Positions 18,060 to 28,239 of a stretch of 64,000 bases of DNA are shown here, piece after piece. Every line of letters begins with the position of its first letter. The stretch's first letter is position 1. The position numbers and the translations under genes were made by a program. Origin of the DNA: an uncultured Chloroflexia bacterium (lineage in GTDB: Bacteria > Chloroflexota > Limnocylindria > Limnocylindrales > CSP1-4); the NCBI GenBank assembly GCA_963819655.1, contig CAWFXA010000002.1, forward strand, positions 1,408,001 through 1,472,000, in the 5' to 3' direction. The notes beneath the pieces were generated by a model. It did not search any database, had not been told where the DNA came from, and saw nothing but the letters and a program-made list of their open reading frames with translations.

Positions 18060-18917
18060 GTGAGCCTGCTCCTGCTGGTCGACCTCGACGGTGTCGTGTA
18101 CCGGGGCGCCGAGCCCATCCCTGGTGTCGCGGCCGTGCTGGCCGATCGAGCCGCGCGCGGGGACGACGTCGTCTATGTCACGAACAACTCGATGCACTAC
18201 CGCGCCGACTACGTCGCGCGGCTGTCGTCCATGGGCTGTCCTGTCTCCGCCGAGCGCGTCGTGTCCTCGTCGCGCGCGACCGCGCTCCACATCGTCAACC
18301 ACGAACTGGGGATCCGCCGCGTCCTCGCGCTCGGCGCCGGCGGGCTGGAACGCGAGCTGGGCGACGTCGGGCTCGACGTGGTCACGGCCGGGCACGCCGC
18401 CACGCGGATGCACCAGGAGGGGATCGACGGCTGGACGGCAGCCGGCGCGCCCGATGCGGTCGTGACCGGGCTCGACCCGAATCTGACCTACCTCCGCCTG
18501 GCGGCCGCTGCCGACTGCATCCGCGCAGGCGCCCGTTTCATCGCCACGAACCGTGATCCCGTCTACCCCACCGAGCGGGGTTTGCGCCCCGGAGCAGGGG
18601 CGATCGCCGCGGCGCTCGAGGCGACGACAGGCGTCACGCCGCTGTCGATCGGCAAGCCGGAGCCGCACCTGCTCGAGCTGGCCGCGGAGGCCGTCGGCCG
18701 GACGGCGGCTGAGGCCGTCATGATCGGCGATGGGATCGGCACCGACCTGGCGGCGGCGCGCGCGGTCGGGGCTCGGAGTGTGCTGATGCTGACGGGCGTG
18801 ACGACCCGCGCTGATCTCGAAGCGTTGCCGGAGGACGCCCGACCCGATGCGGTCGCGACCGATTCGGCGGAACTGGCCGCGGCGCTCGACGCGTTCGAGC
18901 GATCACCCGGAACCTGA
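18060..18917 (+). CDS. HAD-IIA family hydrolase (NagD-like)
   Basis: DLDGVVY, VTNNS, ATNRD, IGKP, IGDGIGTDL. Confidence 0.9.
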   Translation: MSLLLLVDLDGVVYRGAEPIPGVAAVLADRAARGDDVVYVTNNSMHYRADYVARLSSMGCPVSAERVVSSSRATALHIVNHELGIRRVLALGAGGLERELGDVGLDVVTAGHAATRMHQEGIDGWTAAGAPDAVVTGLDPNLTYLRLAAAADCIRAGARFIATNRDPVYPTERGLRPGAGAIAAALEATTGVTPLSIGKPEPHLLELAAEAVGRTAAEAVMIGDGIGTDLAAARAVGARSVLMLTGVTTRADLEALPEDARPDAVATDSAELAAALDAFERSPGT

Positions 18918-18942
18918 GGTGGGCACGGGACGTCAGCGGCCC

Positions 18943-19368
18943 ATGCGATGCCTGAGCATCCTCGCGTCGGTCGTATTGACGGTCGTCCTGTGTGCCTGCG
19001 ACACGAGCTCACCGGATCCTGGCGGCGCGGGGCCCGTCGACGTGACCGGTGACTGGCAGATGACGTCGGGCACGATCGATGGCGGGCCCTTCCCAGCCGT
19101 CGATGACGCGCCGATCACGCTCTCGGTCACCGGGACCCAGATCAGCGGGCGAGCGGCCTGCAATCAGTACGGTGGCGAGATCGTCGTCGAGGACGGGCGG
19201 CCGCGCTTCAACTTGACGTCGATGACCGAGATGGCGTGCGCCGAGCCGGTGATGGCAGCGGAGGCCGCGTTCAACGCAGCACTGCCACGGGTCGTCGGCG
19301 CGGCACGTCACGGCGAGCACCTGACGCTCACAGGGCCCGGCGTCGAGCTTCTTTTCGAGAGCCGCTAG
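18943..19368 (+). CDS. META domain lipoprotein
   Basis: Lipobox LCAC; SGRAACNQY and TEMAC motifs. Confidence 0.85.
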   Translation: MRCLSILASVVLTVVLCACDTSSPDPGGAGPVDVTGDWQMTSGTIDGGPFPAVDDAPITLSVTGTQISGRAACNQYGGEIVVEDGRPRFNLTSMTEMACAEPVMAAEAAFNAALPRVVGAARHGEHLTLTGPGVELLFESR

Positions 19369-20465
19369 TCGACGGCCAGCTCCGGGATCCCGGCCGCCCA
19401 CGCATCGAACTCGGCGCGGAGCGGCGTGAGTGTCTCCTCGTCCGCGAAGGCGACGTTGAGGGCATGCCGGTCGATCGCCCACAGGTCACGCAGTGACAGC
19501 CCGATCAGCTCGTGGGCGGCGATGTACTCCTCGGACAGCGTGAGGTCCGACACGGTCAGGTCGTCCGTATTGAGCGTTACTGGAACGCCCAGCCGGTAGA
19601 GAGGCCCGAGCGGATGCTCGGCGACCGACGGCACGCTGCCGGCCTGCCAGTTCGAATGCGGCGCCATGTCCAGGGTCACGCCGCGCGAGCGCAGCTCGGC
19701 GCACAGCTCTGGGTCCTCGATCGCTCCTGGACCGTGGGCGATCCGCTCCGGATCGATGACGAGCGCTCGACGGACCTGTGCCGCGCCGCCCCACTCGCCG
19801 GCGTGGATCGTCATCCGCAGGCCGTTCGCGCGAGCGGCCTCGAACGAGCGGGCGTGTGTCAGCGGATCCGGGAACGCCTGCTCGAGGCCGGCCAGGTCCC
19901 AGGCGGTCAGTCCCTGGTCGATGAACCGGGCCGCGGTCTCTGCCAGCTCCACGTTCCGTTCCGGATCGTGCGAGCGCAACGCAGTCGAGATCATCCGCAC
20001 CGTGACGCCGGTCCGTGCCGCCGCGGCGTTCGCGCCGCGACAGACCGCCGCGATCCCGTCCGCGAGCGACAGGCCGCGCGCGACGTGGAGCAACGGGCCC
20101 CAGCGGATCTCGACGTAGCGGACGTTGTCGGCGGCCTTCGCCTCGACGAGCTCCGCGGCGATCCGCTCGAGTGCCTCGGCGTCCTGCATGAGCGCGATCG
20201 GCAGATCGAACGCCTTGAGCAGCTCGGCCTGTGACGTCGACGGCATCGCGCCGACGAGCGCACCCGACATGCCGACCCAATCGCGTGGCGCATCGACCCC
20301 GCGCGTGCGTGCCAGCTCGAGGGCTGTGTCGATGCGCACCGAACCGTCGAGATGGAGGTGGAGCTCCGCCTTCGGCATCGCCTCGATAAGTCGCCGGCGG
20401 GCCGCACGCGCGACGTCGTTCGCGGCCGCGGCGTCGAGCGGCCGCAGGTCATCGAGGGTGGTCAT
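19365..20465 (-). CDS. add: Adenosine deaminase family protein
   Basis: PKAELHLHLDGS, HAGE, RIAHG, LNTDD. Confidence 0.9.
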   Translation of the reverse strand: MTTLDDLRPLDAAAANDVARAARRRLIEAMPKAELHLHLDGSVRIDTALELARTRGVDAPRDWVGMSGALVGAMPSTSQAELLKAFDLPIALMQDAEALERIAAELVEAKAADNVRYVEIRWGPLLHVARGLSLADGIAAVCRGANAAAARTGVTVRMISTALRSHDPERNVELAETAARFIDQGLTAWDLAGLEQAFPDPLTHARSFEAARANGLRMTIHAGEWGGAAQVRRALVIDPERIAHGPGAIEDPELCAELRSRGVTLDMAPHSNWQAGSVPSVAEHPLGPLYRLGVPVTLNTDDLTVSDLTLSEEYIAAHELIGLSLRDLWAIDRHALNVAFADEETLTPLRAEFDAWAAGIPELAVD

Positions 20466-20516
20466 GCGCCGATGCTACGATTCCGCGGCCCTGACCGTCG
20501 AGCCTGGAGGACGCCG

Positions 20517-21485
20517 CTGACCCGCATCCGCGACCTGACGCGCAACACCCTGGCGGTCGTCATCTGGCTGGCCGCAGCCACGGCTATCGCGTTGGGGACC
20601 GCCGGCATCGTCGCGGGGATGGATTCGCCGGCTGCCGACGGCAGCGATCGGACCGGACGAACTGGCCGCGGCGACTCCCAGGTCGACGCGTCGCTCGACA
20701 AGGTCGAGGAGCAGATGCGCGACCTGTCGGGCGCCATCGGGAGCCTCAACGAGCAGGCCCGTGTGGTCCTCGCCTCGCTGGCGAGCAACGAGGTCGAGCC
20801 GGTCGATACCGCGACCGCCATGGGCACGGCGCTCGTCGCGGATATCGAGGCGCGTATCGACCGGATCCAGGAGGCCCTGGACGCGGTGCCGATCGTCGGC
20901 ACCCAGGCCGCGGAGTACGAGCTGACGCCCGCGACCGGTGAGCGGTATGCGTCGTATCTCGGTGGGCTGGCATCGACCAGGGGCGTCACCGAGGCGTGGA
21001 CTCGCCTGACCGTCGCGTCGTTGAGCGCCAACCGGATGTCCACGCTGCTCGCCGCCCACGACGAGGCCGTCGTAGCGGCCGCTGAGGAGGGCCGGAGGGC
21101 GGCGTATGACCGAGCGCTCGGACATCTCGATGACGCCGATGCCGCGATCGCCGACGCACGGACCCTGCGCGACAGCCTGGCCGCCACGGTCGACGTCACC
21201 ACGCTCGACGAATGGCTGGACCGCAGCAGGGCCTATGACGTCGCCCTGCGCGCGTTGTACGTTGCGGTCCAGCGCGCGGATGGCCGCGTCACGACCGCCG
21301 TGCGCGAGGCGATGCGGAAAGAAGAGGCGGCCAAGGCCCGCCTGCCACCGGATACGCGCTCGCTGGTGCTGATCATGTCGGACATCGGTCGGGGCGGGAT
21401 GAACGCATCGGCGATCGCGATCGAACAGGCCCATGCAGACCTCGAGGAGGCGCTCGCGCCGCCGCTCGCCGCACCGTCTCCCTGA
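20517..21485 (+). CDS. Hypothetical membrane-anchored alpha-helical protein
   Basis: Long high-GC3 ORF with an N-terminal TM and helical body. GGAGG lies 6 nt before an in-frame CTG (alternative start ATG 20472). Confidence 0.65.
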   Translation: MTRIRDLTRNTLAVVIWLAAATAIALGTAGIVAGMDSPAADGSDRTGRTGRGDSQVDASLDKVEEQMRDLSGAIGSLNEQARVVLASLASNEVEPVDTATAMGTALVADIEARIDRIQEALDAVPIVGTQAAEYELTPATGERYASYLGGLASTRGVTEAWTRLTVASLSANRMSTLLAAHDEAVVAAAEEGRRAAYDRALGHLDDADAAIADARTLRDSLAATVDVTTLDEWLDRSRAYDVALRALYVAVQRADGRVTTAVREAMRKEEAAKARLPPDTRSLVLIMSDIGRGGMNASAIAIEQAHADLEEALAPPLAAPSP

Positions 21486-21580
21486 CCCTCGCCGGCAGGT
21501 AAACTGCCGGCACAGCATCGCGACCGCCGCGACAGGGGCACCGCCAGCGGCCTGCAATCCCGGGAGGATCCGTACCCACC

Positions 21581-23092
21581 GTGCAGCTTCGTGTCGTCAC
21601 CGACCAGCCATGGGATGTCAAGGCCGACGTCCTGGTCATCCCGATCATCGGTGAGCCGTCGTTCGACGGCCCGCTCGACGAGCTCGATCGCCGCACGGGT
21701 GGCGAACTGCGCGCTCTCGCCGAATTCAGGGAGCTGAAGGCCAAGCGGTACACGTCGGCACTGGCACCGGGCGGCGAGCTGCCGGCGTCCTGGCTCCTCA
21801 CGGTCAGCGCAGGCGACTCGGACAAGGTCGATCGCGAGGTCGCGGTTCGCGTCGGCGCCACCGCCGAGCGACGGCTTGCCGGTCGCGTGGTGCGCAGCAT
21901 GGCCGTGTGGCTGGCGCCGCTGGTCGACGCAGACGGGTTCGATGGGGACGTCGCGACGGCCGCCGAGCTCGTCACTCGCGGCGTGATCGAGGGCTCCTAC
22001 GACCCCAAGGCGATCTACCGTCCGGAGATCGAGTCGGCGCCGCCGAAGCTCGACGAGCTCATCCTGATCGTGCCCGGTGGCGACACTGCCGCCGCGACGG
22101 CCGGAGCCGAGCGCGGGGTGATCATCGGCGAGGGGGCCAACACCGCGCGGACGCTCTCGAATCGGTCGGCCAACGATCTCTCTCCCGAGGTCATGGCCGA
22201 TGAAGCCCGAGCCATCGCCGAGCGCCATGGCCTGTGGATCGACGTCATCGACGACACGCGCGCCACCGAGCTCGGGATGGGCATGTTCATGGCGGTCGGC
22301 CGCGGGTCGGACAACCCGCCGCGCATGATCGTCATGCGCTCGGGCGGTGAAGGCGAGCGGGACAGGCGCGACCGGCACGTGGCCATCGTCGGCAAGGGCG
22401 TGTGCTTCGACTCCGGCGGCATCAGCATCAAGCCGTCCGACCGGATGGAAGAGATGAAGATGGACAAGACCGGCGCATGCACGGTCATCGCCGCGATCGA
22501 GACTGTGGCGCGGCTGGCGCCCGGGACACCGTTGCTCGCCGTCGCGCCGATGGTCGAGAACATGCCCGGCCCGCATTCGACCCGGCCGGGCGACATCGTG
22601 ACCGCGTTGAACGGCAAGAAGGTCGACATCACGAACACCGACGCCGAGGGGCGGCTGATCCTCGGTGACGCGATGACCTACGCAGAGCGGCTTGGGGCGA
22701 CCCACCTCGTCGACGTCGCGACCCTCACGGGCGCGGTCGCCCGGGCGTTGGGGCATCTCGTGACCGGCGCCTTCGGCGAGCCGCAGAGCTGGTATGACGA
22801 CGTCAGCGCCGCCGCCCGCCGGGCCGGTGAGCGCTACTGGCAGCTGCCGTTGATCGACGACTACGTCCCGGACATGGAGAGCTGGTACGCGGACCTCCAG
22901 AACGCCGGGTCGGCCGAGGGCTCGCTGGTCAAGAGCGGCCTCTTCCTGCGCGAGTTCGTGACCGTGCCGTGGGTCCATCTCGACATCGCCGGGACGGGCT
23001 ACTACCGCAAGGCGCAGCCGTTCGGGGCGCGCGGGGCCACCGGCGTCTCGCACGCGACGCTCGTCGAGCTCGCGCTGGCCGGGGCCGCCTGA
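21581..23092 (+). CDS. pepA: Leucyl aminopeptidase (M17)
   Basis: VGKGVCFDSGGISIKP, MKMD, NTDAEGRL, DVATLTGA, WVHLDIAG. Confidence 0.93.
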   Translation: MQLRVVTDQPWDVKADVLVIPIIGEPSFDGPLDELDRRTGGELRALAEFRELKAKRYTSALAPGGELPASWLLTVSAGDSDKVDREVAVRVGATAERRLAGRVVRSMAVWLAPLVDADGFDGDVATAAELVTRGVIEGSYDPKAIYRPEIESAPPKLDELILIVPGGDTAAATAGAERGVIIGEGANTARTLSNRSANDLSPEVMADEARAIAERHGLWIDVIDDTRATELGMGMFMAVGRGSDNPPRMIVMRSGGEGERDRRDRHVAIVGKGVCFDSGGISIKPSDRMEEMKMDKTGACTVIAAIETVARLAPGTPLLAVAPMVENMPGPHSTRPGDIVTALNGKKVDITNTDAEGRLILGDAMTYAERLGATHLVDVATLTGAVARALGHLVTGAFGEPQSWYDDVSAAARRAGERYWQLPLIDDYVPDMESWYADLQNAGSAEGSLVKSGLFLREFVTVPWVHLDIAGTGYYRKAQPFGARGATGVSHATLVELALAGAA

Positions 23093-23123
23093 CGACAGCG
23101 CGGTCCGATCCGGCGAGCGGTCG

Positions 23124-23765
23124 ATGGAGCCGCTGAGCCTGGTCCTCGCCGTCGCCGGCGGGGCGCTCGGGGTCGCGGCCGACCGATTCGCCACCCGTTG
23201 GCCGGAGCACGACGAAGAGCACCCGCCGGGCCGCCGCGTCGACTGGCGCACGATCCTGTGTGGCGCGACCGGGGCGGTCGCGCTCGGTCTGTTGCCGCTC
23301 CGGTTCTCGGCCGACGTCCTCGCGTTCGTCGCGTTCGGTGCCTGGTTCGTGACTCTTGTCATCGGGTTGGCCACGGATCTCGATCAACGGGTGCTGCCCG
23401 ACGAGCTGACGCTGCCGGTGATCCCGCTCGCGCTCCTCTACGCGGCGTCGGGTCTGAACCCGCTGGTCGGTGGCGGGCTGGTCCTCGCGATCGTGGCGGC
23501 CATCGCTATCCCGGCCGTGCTGTACCTGCCGTCGTTGCCGTTCGGGGCGGGCGCCTTCGGGATGGGCGACGTGAAGTTCCTGGCGGGGATGGGGTTGATG
23601 CTCGGTGGCGACCGTGCGCTCAGCGGGACCCTGTTCGGGCTGGTCCTCGCCGGTCTGGTGCTGCTGGTGCTGCTCTTGACGCGGCGGATCGGGCGCAAGA
23701 GCTTCATCCCGTTCGGTCCGTTCCTGATCATCGGGGCGCTCTGGGCGGTGCTGGTGCGGGGGTAG
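23124..23765 (+). CDS. A24 family prepilin peptidase (short form, no Cys-rich N-terminal domain)
   Basis: DLDQRVLPD and GMGDVK catalytic aspartates; IPFGPFL. Confidence 0.85.
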   Translation: MEPLSLVLAVAGGALGVAADRFATRWPEHDEEHPPGRRVDWRTILCGATGAVALGLLPLRFSADVLAFVAFGAWFVTLVIGLATDLDQRVLPDELTLPVIPLALLYAASGLNPLVGGGLVLAIVAAIAIPAVLYLPSLPFGAGAFGMGDVKFLAGMGLMLGGDRALSGTLFGLVLAGLVLLVLLLTRRIGRKSFIPFGPFLIIGALWAVLVRG

Positions 23766-23776
23766 CGTGAGGTAGC

Positions 23777-24671
23777 GTGAGCGCAACGGTCGGGCCGCCA
23801 CCGGATGACATCGATCGCATCGCGCGCGCTCTCGGTTGGCGCCCCACGTCGTTCCGGCCAGCTGCCCCTGAACGCGGTCTGTCGGGAACGGCGGCTCGCT
23901 GGATCGTGGGGGAGGCCCATGCGGGCGGGGGTCGTCGCTCGGCATTCGTGAAGATCGGGGCGACCGGGCTCACCGCCGATTGGACTCGACGGGAGCACCG
24001 CACCTACGGGACGATCCGCGGCTGGTTCCTGCCCGAGGTCCTCGGGTTCGACGATGACGGATCGCGGCCGGTCCTGGCCCTCGAGGACCTGTCCGACGCG
24101 GACTGGCCGCCGCCCTGGTCGAACGTGCGGGTCGCCGCCGTGCTCGACGCCGTCGGGGCCATCCACGAGACGGAGCCGCCCGCCCATCTGGAGTGGGAAG
24201 ACGAGGATGGCGAAGCGGATTGGCGGGCCATCGCCGGCGACCCGGCCGCGTTCCTTGCGCTCGGGCTGTGCGCGGCGGACTGGCTCGCCGAGTTCCTGCC
24301 AAAGCTGCGGGCCGCGGCCGGCGCCGCGCCACTCACGGGTGACGCGCTCGTCCATCTCGACATTCGGAGCGACAACCTGTGCATCCGTGACGGACGCGCA
24401 GTGATGATCGATTGGAACCATGCGCGCCTGGCCAACCCAGACCTGGACATCGCGTTCTGGCTCCCGAGCCTTCATGCGGAAGGCGGGCCAGCGCCCGAGG
24501 CGATCCTCCCCGAGCAGCCCCGAGCTTGCGGCGTGGGTCGCGGGATTCTTCTGTGCACGGGCCGGTCAGCCGCCGATCCCCGACGCGCCCCACGTGCGTG
24601 CCCTGCAGCTCGCCCAGGCGCGCACCGCGTTGCCGTGGGCGGCACGTGCGCTGGGGCTGTCGGCGCCATGA
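23777..24671 (+). CDS. Aminoglycoside phosphotransferase (APH)/kinase-like protein, +1 frameshift near 24520
   Basis: AFVK, HLDIRSDN, IDW motifs; the C-terminus continues in another frame (PELAAWVAGFF...ALPWAARALGL*) after an extra C in CAGCCCCGAG. Confidence 0.8.
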
Positions 24672-24740
24672 CTGGTCGTGCCGGGTCGGGCATTGTGCGG
24701 GCCGCGGCCGCCGCTGCTCATCCTGCGGGCCGCGGCCGCT

Positions 24741-24927
24741 CATCATGAACAACGCGCATGAGGACGGCCTTATGACAGGCGACGGCTCGGTCTGACGCCC
24801 GTTCGGCACCTCGAACGTGCATATCGCGCCTAGCGAGCGACCTTAGGCGGATCGTGACGCCCCGCTCGGGCCTGAAACAGACGAGAACGGGCCACAAGGT
24901 TGCCCTCATCCGCATTCTTCATGGTCG
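24741..24927. repeat. Three-unit inverted-repeat element, family B copy 2
   Basis: Forward units 24741-24776 and 24812-24848 (cores at 24744 and 24816, 72 bp apart); reverse unit 24890-24927; similar to 13258-13446. Confidence 0.75.
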
Positions 24928-25155
24928 GGAGGATCGGGAGGATCGGGAGGGCCGGGAGGGCGAGCCCGGATTCCGAGAGGCCCGCGAGGGCCGGGAGGGG
25001 GATCGCCGGGATGGTCGAGAAGGCCGCGTTGGTGGCGACGGCCGCGAGGGCTCGGGATGTCCCGCACGTGTCCCGCACCACCTCGCAGGTCCCACGACCG
25101 CACCGGGACCATCGACCCATCCGGTGCGGGTCGCGTGCATGGATAGACTGCCAAG

Positions 25156-25260
25156 GACAATCTCTGGACTCGACGGGTATCATCCCGGGGAGCCGGAAAC
25201 GGGGTCGTCCTGCGGCTGTGCCAGTCCGAGGGCGTCGACCCACCGGCGGGTGTGACCGTC
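25156..25260 (+). ncRNA. Candidate structured cis-regulatory leader RNA upstream of the M23 peptidase
   Basis: TAGACT -10 at 25144-25149; nested stems including a CCG-GAAA-CGG GNRA tetraloop. Not matched to a named Rfam family. Confidence 0.4.
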
Positions 25261-25326
25261 GCCCGACGCCGTGCCCCGTCCCATGGTGTCGCCTACGGAG
25301 CCTGCTCGCACGATGACGTCGCCCAC

Positions 25327-26733
25327 GTGATCCGCCGCTCCCGTCGTTCGGACGTTCCCCGCACAGGAAGCCCCGGACCGACTGGCTGGTCGAACCCGGT
25401 CGGGCCGACGCCGGCGCGCCGGATCCGCCGTCACGTTCCCACGCTCGTCCTGCTGATCCCGCTCGTGGTGGGGCTGCTCGGGTCGCCCGCGGCGACCTCG
25501 TCGGTCCGTGGCGACGAACTGTCCGACGCGAAGGCGAAGGCGGCCGCGATCAAGAAGGAAGTCGCCAAGCAGAAGGCCCAGATCGCCGCGATCAACGACC
25601 TCCAAGCGGGTCTGTCCGCGGAGATCGCCGACACGAAGAACCAGCTCCGGAAGATCGGCGCCGACCTCGACGCGGTCCGCAAGAAGATCTCCCAGATGCA
25701 GGCCAAGATCAACGAGGTCAAGGCCGTTTACGAAGACCTTGTCAAGCAACTCGTCGCGATGGACGCCGAGCTCCAGCGGGTCATGGCGCAGGAAGCCGCG
25801 AAGCGGGTCGAGCTCGCGGAGCGGCGTGCCCAGCTCGCCGATCGGGTCCGCAGCGCATACGACACCGACCGGACCTCGCCGCTCGAGACGTTCCTGTCCG
25901 GTGGCTCGTTCACCGACCTGCTCGCGGAGATGTCCTACTACATCGATGTCGGCGAGCAGGACCGCGCCCTCGCCGACCAGATCGCCAAGGCCAAGGAGAC
26001 GCTCGCGGCGATCCACCAGACCGTGGCCGATACGCGCGCACGCACCAACGTCCTGCGCCAGGAGACCGCCGCCCAGAAACGCGATCTCGACAAGGCGATG
26101 CGTGCGCTGCAGGAGACGAAGAAGGAGCTCCGCCGGCTCGAGAAGCAGGTCGCCCGGACGCTGGCCCAGCAGAAGGCACGCTTCGCCGCGCTCGCGCGCA
26201 ACAAGAAGAACGCCGCTGCGATCATCCGCCAGGCCGCGATGGACCAGAAGAAGCTCCAGCGCGAGATCAACGCGATGATCGCCCGGCAGGTCGCGCGCGG
26301 CAACATCCCGAGTTCGTTCAACGGCACGATGCGCTGGCCGATGGACGAGTTCTCGGTCAGCGGCGAGTACGGCTGCAGCTCGTTCGAGTACTACGCGCCC
26401 GGCAACGGCTGCGCGCATTTCCACAACGGCATCGACCTGGTCGCCCCGTACGGCACGCCGGTCAAGGCCGCAGCCGCGGGCGAGGTCGTGTATGTCGGCT
26501 GGAACTGGGCCGACGGGGCCGATCCGGCCTGGATCGTCGTGGTCGCCCATTCCGGGAACCTGAAGACCTGGTACGCGCACATGCAGCCGAAGCGGCCGGT
26601 CGCGGTCGGGGACTCGGTGAAAAAGGGCCAGACCGTCGGCTACGAAGGCAGCACGGGCCACGCGACCGGGCCGCACCTGCACTGGATGACGGAGCTCAAC
26701 GGCAACTTCGTGAACCCGCGTCTGTTCCTGTAA
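25327..26733 (+). CDS. Secreted coiled-coil M23 peptidoglycan endopeptidase (EnvC/CwlO-like architecture)
   Basis: Signal peptide, long coiled coil, intact M23 motifs HNGID, YAHM, GPHLH. Start uncertain (25252 or 25327). Confidence 0.88.
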   Translation: MIRRSRRSDVPRTGSPGPTGWSNPVGPTPARRIRRHVPTLVLLIPLVVGLLGSPAATSSVRGDELSDAKAKAAAIKKEVAKQKAQIAAINDLQAGLSAEIADTKNQLRKIGADLDAVRKKISQMQAKINEVKAVYEDLVKQLVAMDAELQRVMAQEAAKRVELAERRAQLADRVRSAYDTDRTSPLETFLSGGSFTDLLAEMSYYIDVGEQDRALADQIAKAKETLAAIHQTVADTRARTNVLRQETAAQKRDLDKAMRALQETKKELRRLEKQVARTLAQQKARFAALARNKKNAAAIIRQAAMDQKKLQREINAMIARQVARGNIPSSFNGTMRWPMDEFSVSGEYGCSSFEYYAPGNGCAHFHNGIDLVAPYGTPVKAAAAGEVVYVGWNWADGADPAWIVVVAHSGNLKTWYAHMQPKRPVAVGDSVKKGQTVGYEGSTGHATGPHLHWMTELNGNFVNPRLFL

Positions 26734-26844
26734 CGCCGTTCACCAGACGTTGACGCCGGTACGGGCGAGAGGCTTCGGGGCCCCGTGCTAGCATCGCCAA
26801 CAGACCCTCATCGACAGACCCGCATCGACATCGGGAGGCGCGCT

Positions 26845-28197
26845 GTGACTTCGAAGCGCACGATGGCGATCATCCTTGCGGGTGGTGAAGGCGAGCGCCT
26901 GTCGATCCTGTCGCAGGAACGGGCGAAGCCGGCCGTACCGTTTGGTGGGAAGTACCGGATCATCGACTTCACGCTGTCCAATTGCGTCAACTCCGACATC
27001 CACGACGTCGTCGTCCTGACGCAGTACAACCCGCGCTCCCTCAACGACCACATCGGCCTCGGCCGGCCGTGGGACCTCGACCGGAACCAGGGCGGCGTGA
27101 AGCTGCTGCAGCCGTATATCGCGCGCGGCAAGGTCGCCGAGTGGTACCGCGGGACCGCGGACGCGGTCCTGCGCAACATGAACGTCATCGAACACGACCC
27201 ATCCGACACGGTCGTGGTCCTCGCCGGCGACCACGTCTACAAGATGGATTACCAGCCGTTCATCGCGGCCCACCGCCGTCGCCGGGCCGACGTGACGATC
27301 GCCGTCCGGCGCGTGCCGCTCGCCGAGGCGTCGCGCATGGGCGTCCTCGCGCTCGACGAGAACGACCGAGTCATCGAATGGCAGGAGAAGCCCAAGCAGC
27401 CCAAGACCGACCTCGCGTCGATGGGCGTGTACGTCTTTTCGAAGAAGACGCTCCGGCGCTGGCTGTCGGAGGACCGCGTCGACTTCGGGCGCCACGTCAT
27501 CCCGGCCATGCTCGAGGCCGGCGCGCGTGTCTTCGGCTACCGCTACAACGGCTACTGGCAGGACGTCGGCACGATCCAGTCGTTCTGGGAGGCCAACATG
27601 GCGCTCCTCGAGGACGATCCCGAGCTCGACCTGTACGACAAGGAGTGGGTCATCCATACCCGCTCCGAGGAACGCGCGCCCGCCAAGGTCGGCCCCACGG
27701 CGCAGGTCCATCGAAGCCTCATCAGCCACGGCTGCGTGATCAATGGGACGGTCGTCAACTCGGTCCTGTCGCCGGGCGTGCGGGTCGATGTCGGCGCCGT
27801 CGTGCGCGACTCGATCGTGATGTTCGATTCGGTCATCCGCTCGAGCGCCGTCGTCGACCGCTCGATCCTCGACAAGGAGGTCGTGGTCGGGCAGGGCGCG
27901 ATCGTCGGATCGGGGCCGTACGACGACCGCCCGAACAAGGGGGAGCCGACCCGCCTAAACACCGGCATCACGGTCGTCGGCAAGCGCGCGCTCATCCCGC
28001 GCGGCGCCCACATCGGCCGAAATGTGCGCGTGGCTGCCGACATCCGGACCAGCGACTTCGTGAAGAAGGTCATCAAGAGCGGCGAGTCGGTCGACCGACG
28101 CGCCCGCGGCCGCAGCACTCACGACCACGGACAGGGCGTCGATGTCCACGAGGTCGCCACAGGTGTCGCGACAGGAGCCGGGCGAGGCGGTCGCTAG
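26845..28197 (+). CDS. glgC: Glucose-1-phosphate adenylyltransferase
   Basis: [52 protein letters not shown]; GGAGG before GTG 26845. Confidence 0.95.
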   Translation: MTSKRTMAIILAGGEGERLSILSQERAKPAVPFGGKYRIIDFTLSNCVNSDIHDVVVLTQYNPRSLNDHIGLGRPWDLDRNQGGVKLLQPYIARGKVAEWYRGTADAVLRNMNVIEHDPSDTVVVLAGDHVYKMDYQPFIAAHRRRRADVTIAVRRVPLAEASRMGVLALDENDRVIEWQEKPKQPKTDLASMGVYVFSKKTLRRWLSEDRVDFGRHVIPAMLEAGARVFGYRYNGYWQDVGTIQSFWEANMALLEDDPELDLYDKEWVIHTRSEERAPAKVGPTAQVHRSLISHGCVINGTVVNSVLSPGVRVDVGAVVRDSIVMFDSVIRSSAVVDRSILDKEVVVGQGAIVGSGPYDDRPNKGEPTRLNTGITVVGKRALIPRGAHIGRNVRVAADIRTSDFVKKVIKSGESVDRRARGRSTHDHGQGVDVHEVATGVATGAGRGGR

Positions 28198-28239
28198 GGC
28201 CATACGGCGCAAAGTCCTGCCTCGTGGTATGGATAGGCC

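Noticed and set aside
23124-23765. Pilus or secretion locus around the prepilin peptidase
   Set aside because: No pilin, secretion ATPase or platform genes nearby; orphan A24 genes are common.
25220-25265. ykkC/guanidine-I riboswitch similarity (GTCCGAG...CACCGGCGGG)
   Set aside because: The 5' AGGGUUCCG and 3' AAAAGCCC..G elements are missing, and the downstream gene does not fit.
24830-25316. Short low-complexity ORFs (SRP/REG repeats) in the 24.8-25.3 kb gap
   Set aside because: They are translations of the repeat element and G-run tract, with no RBS or recognisable domain.
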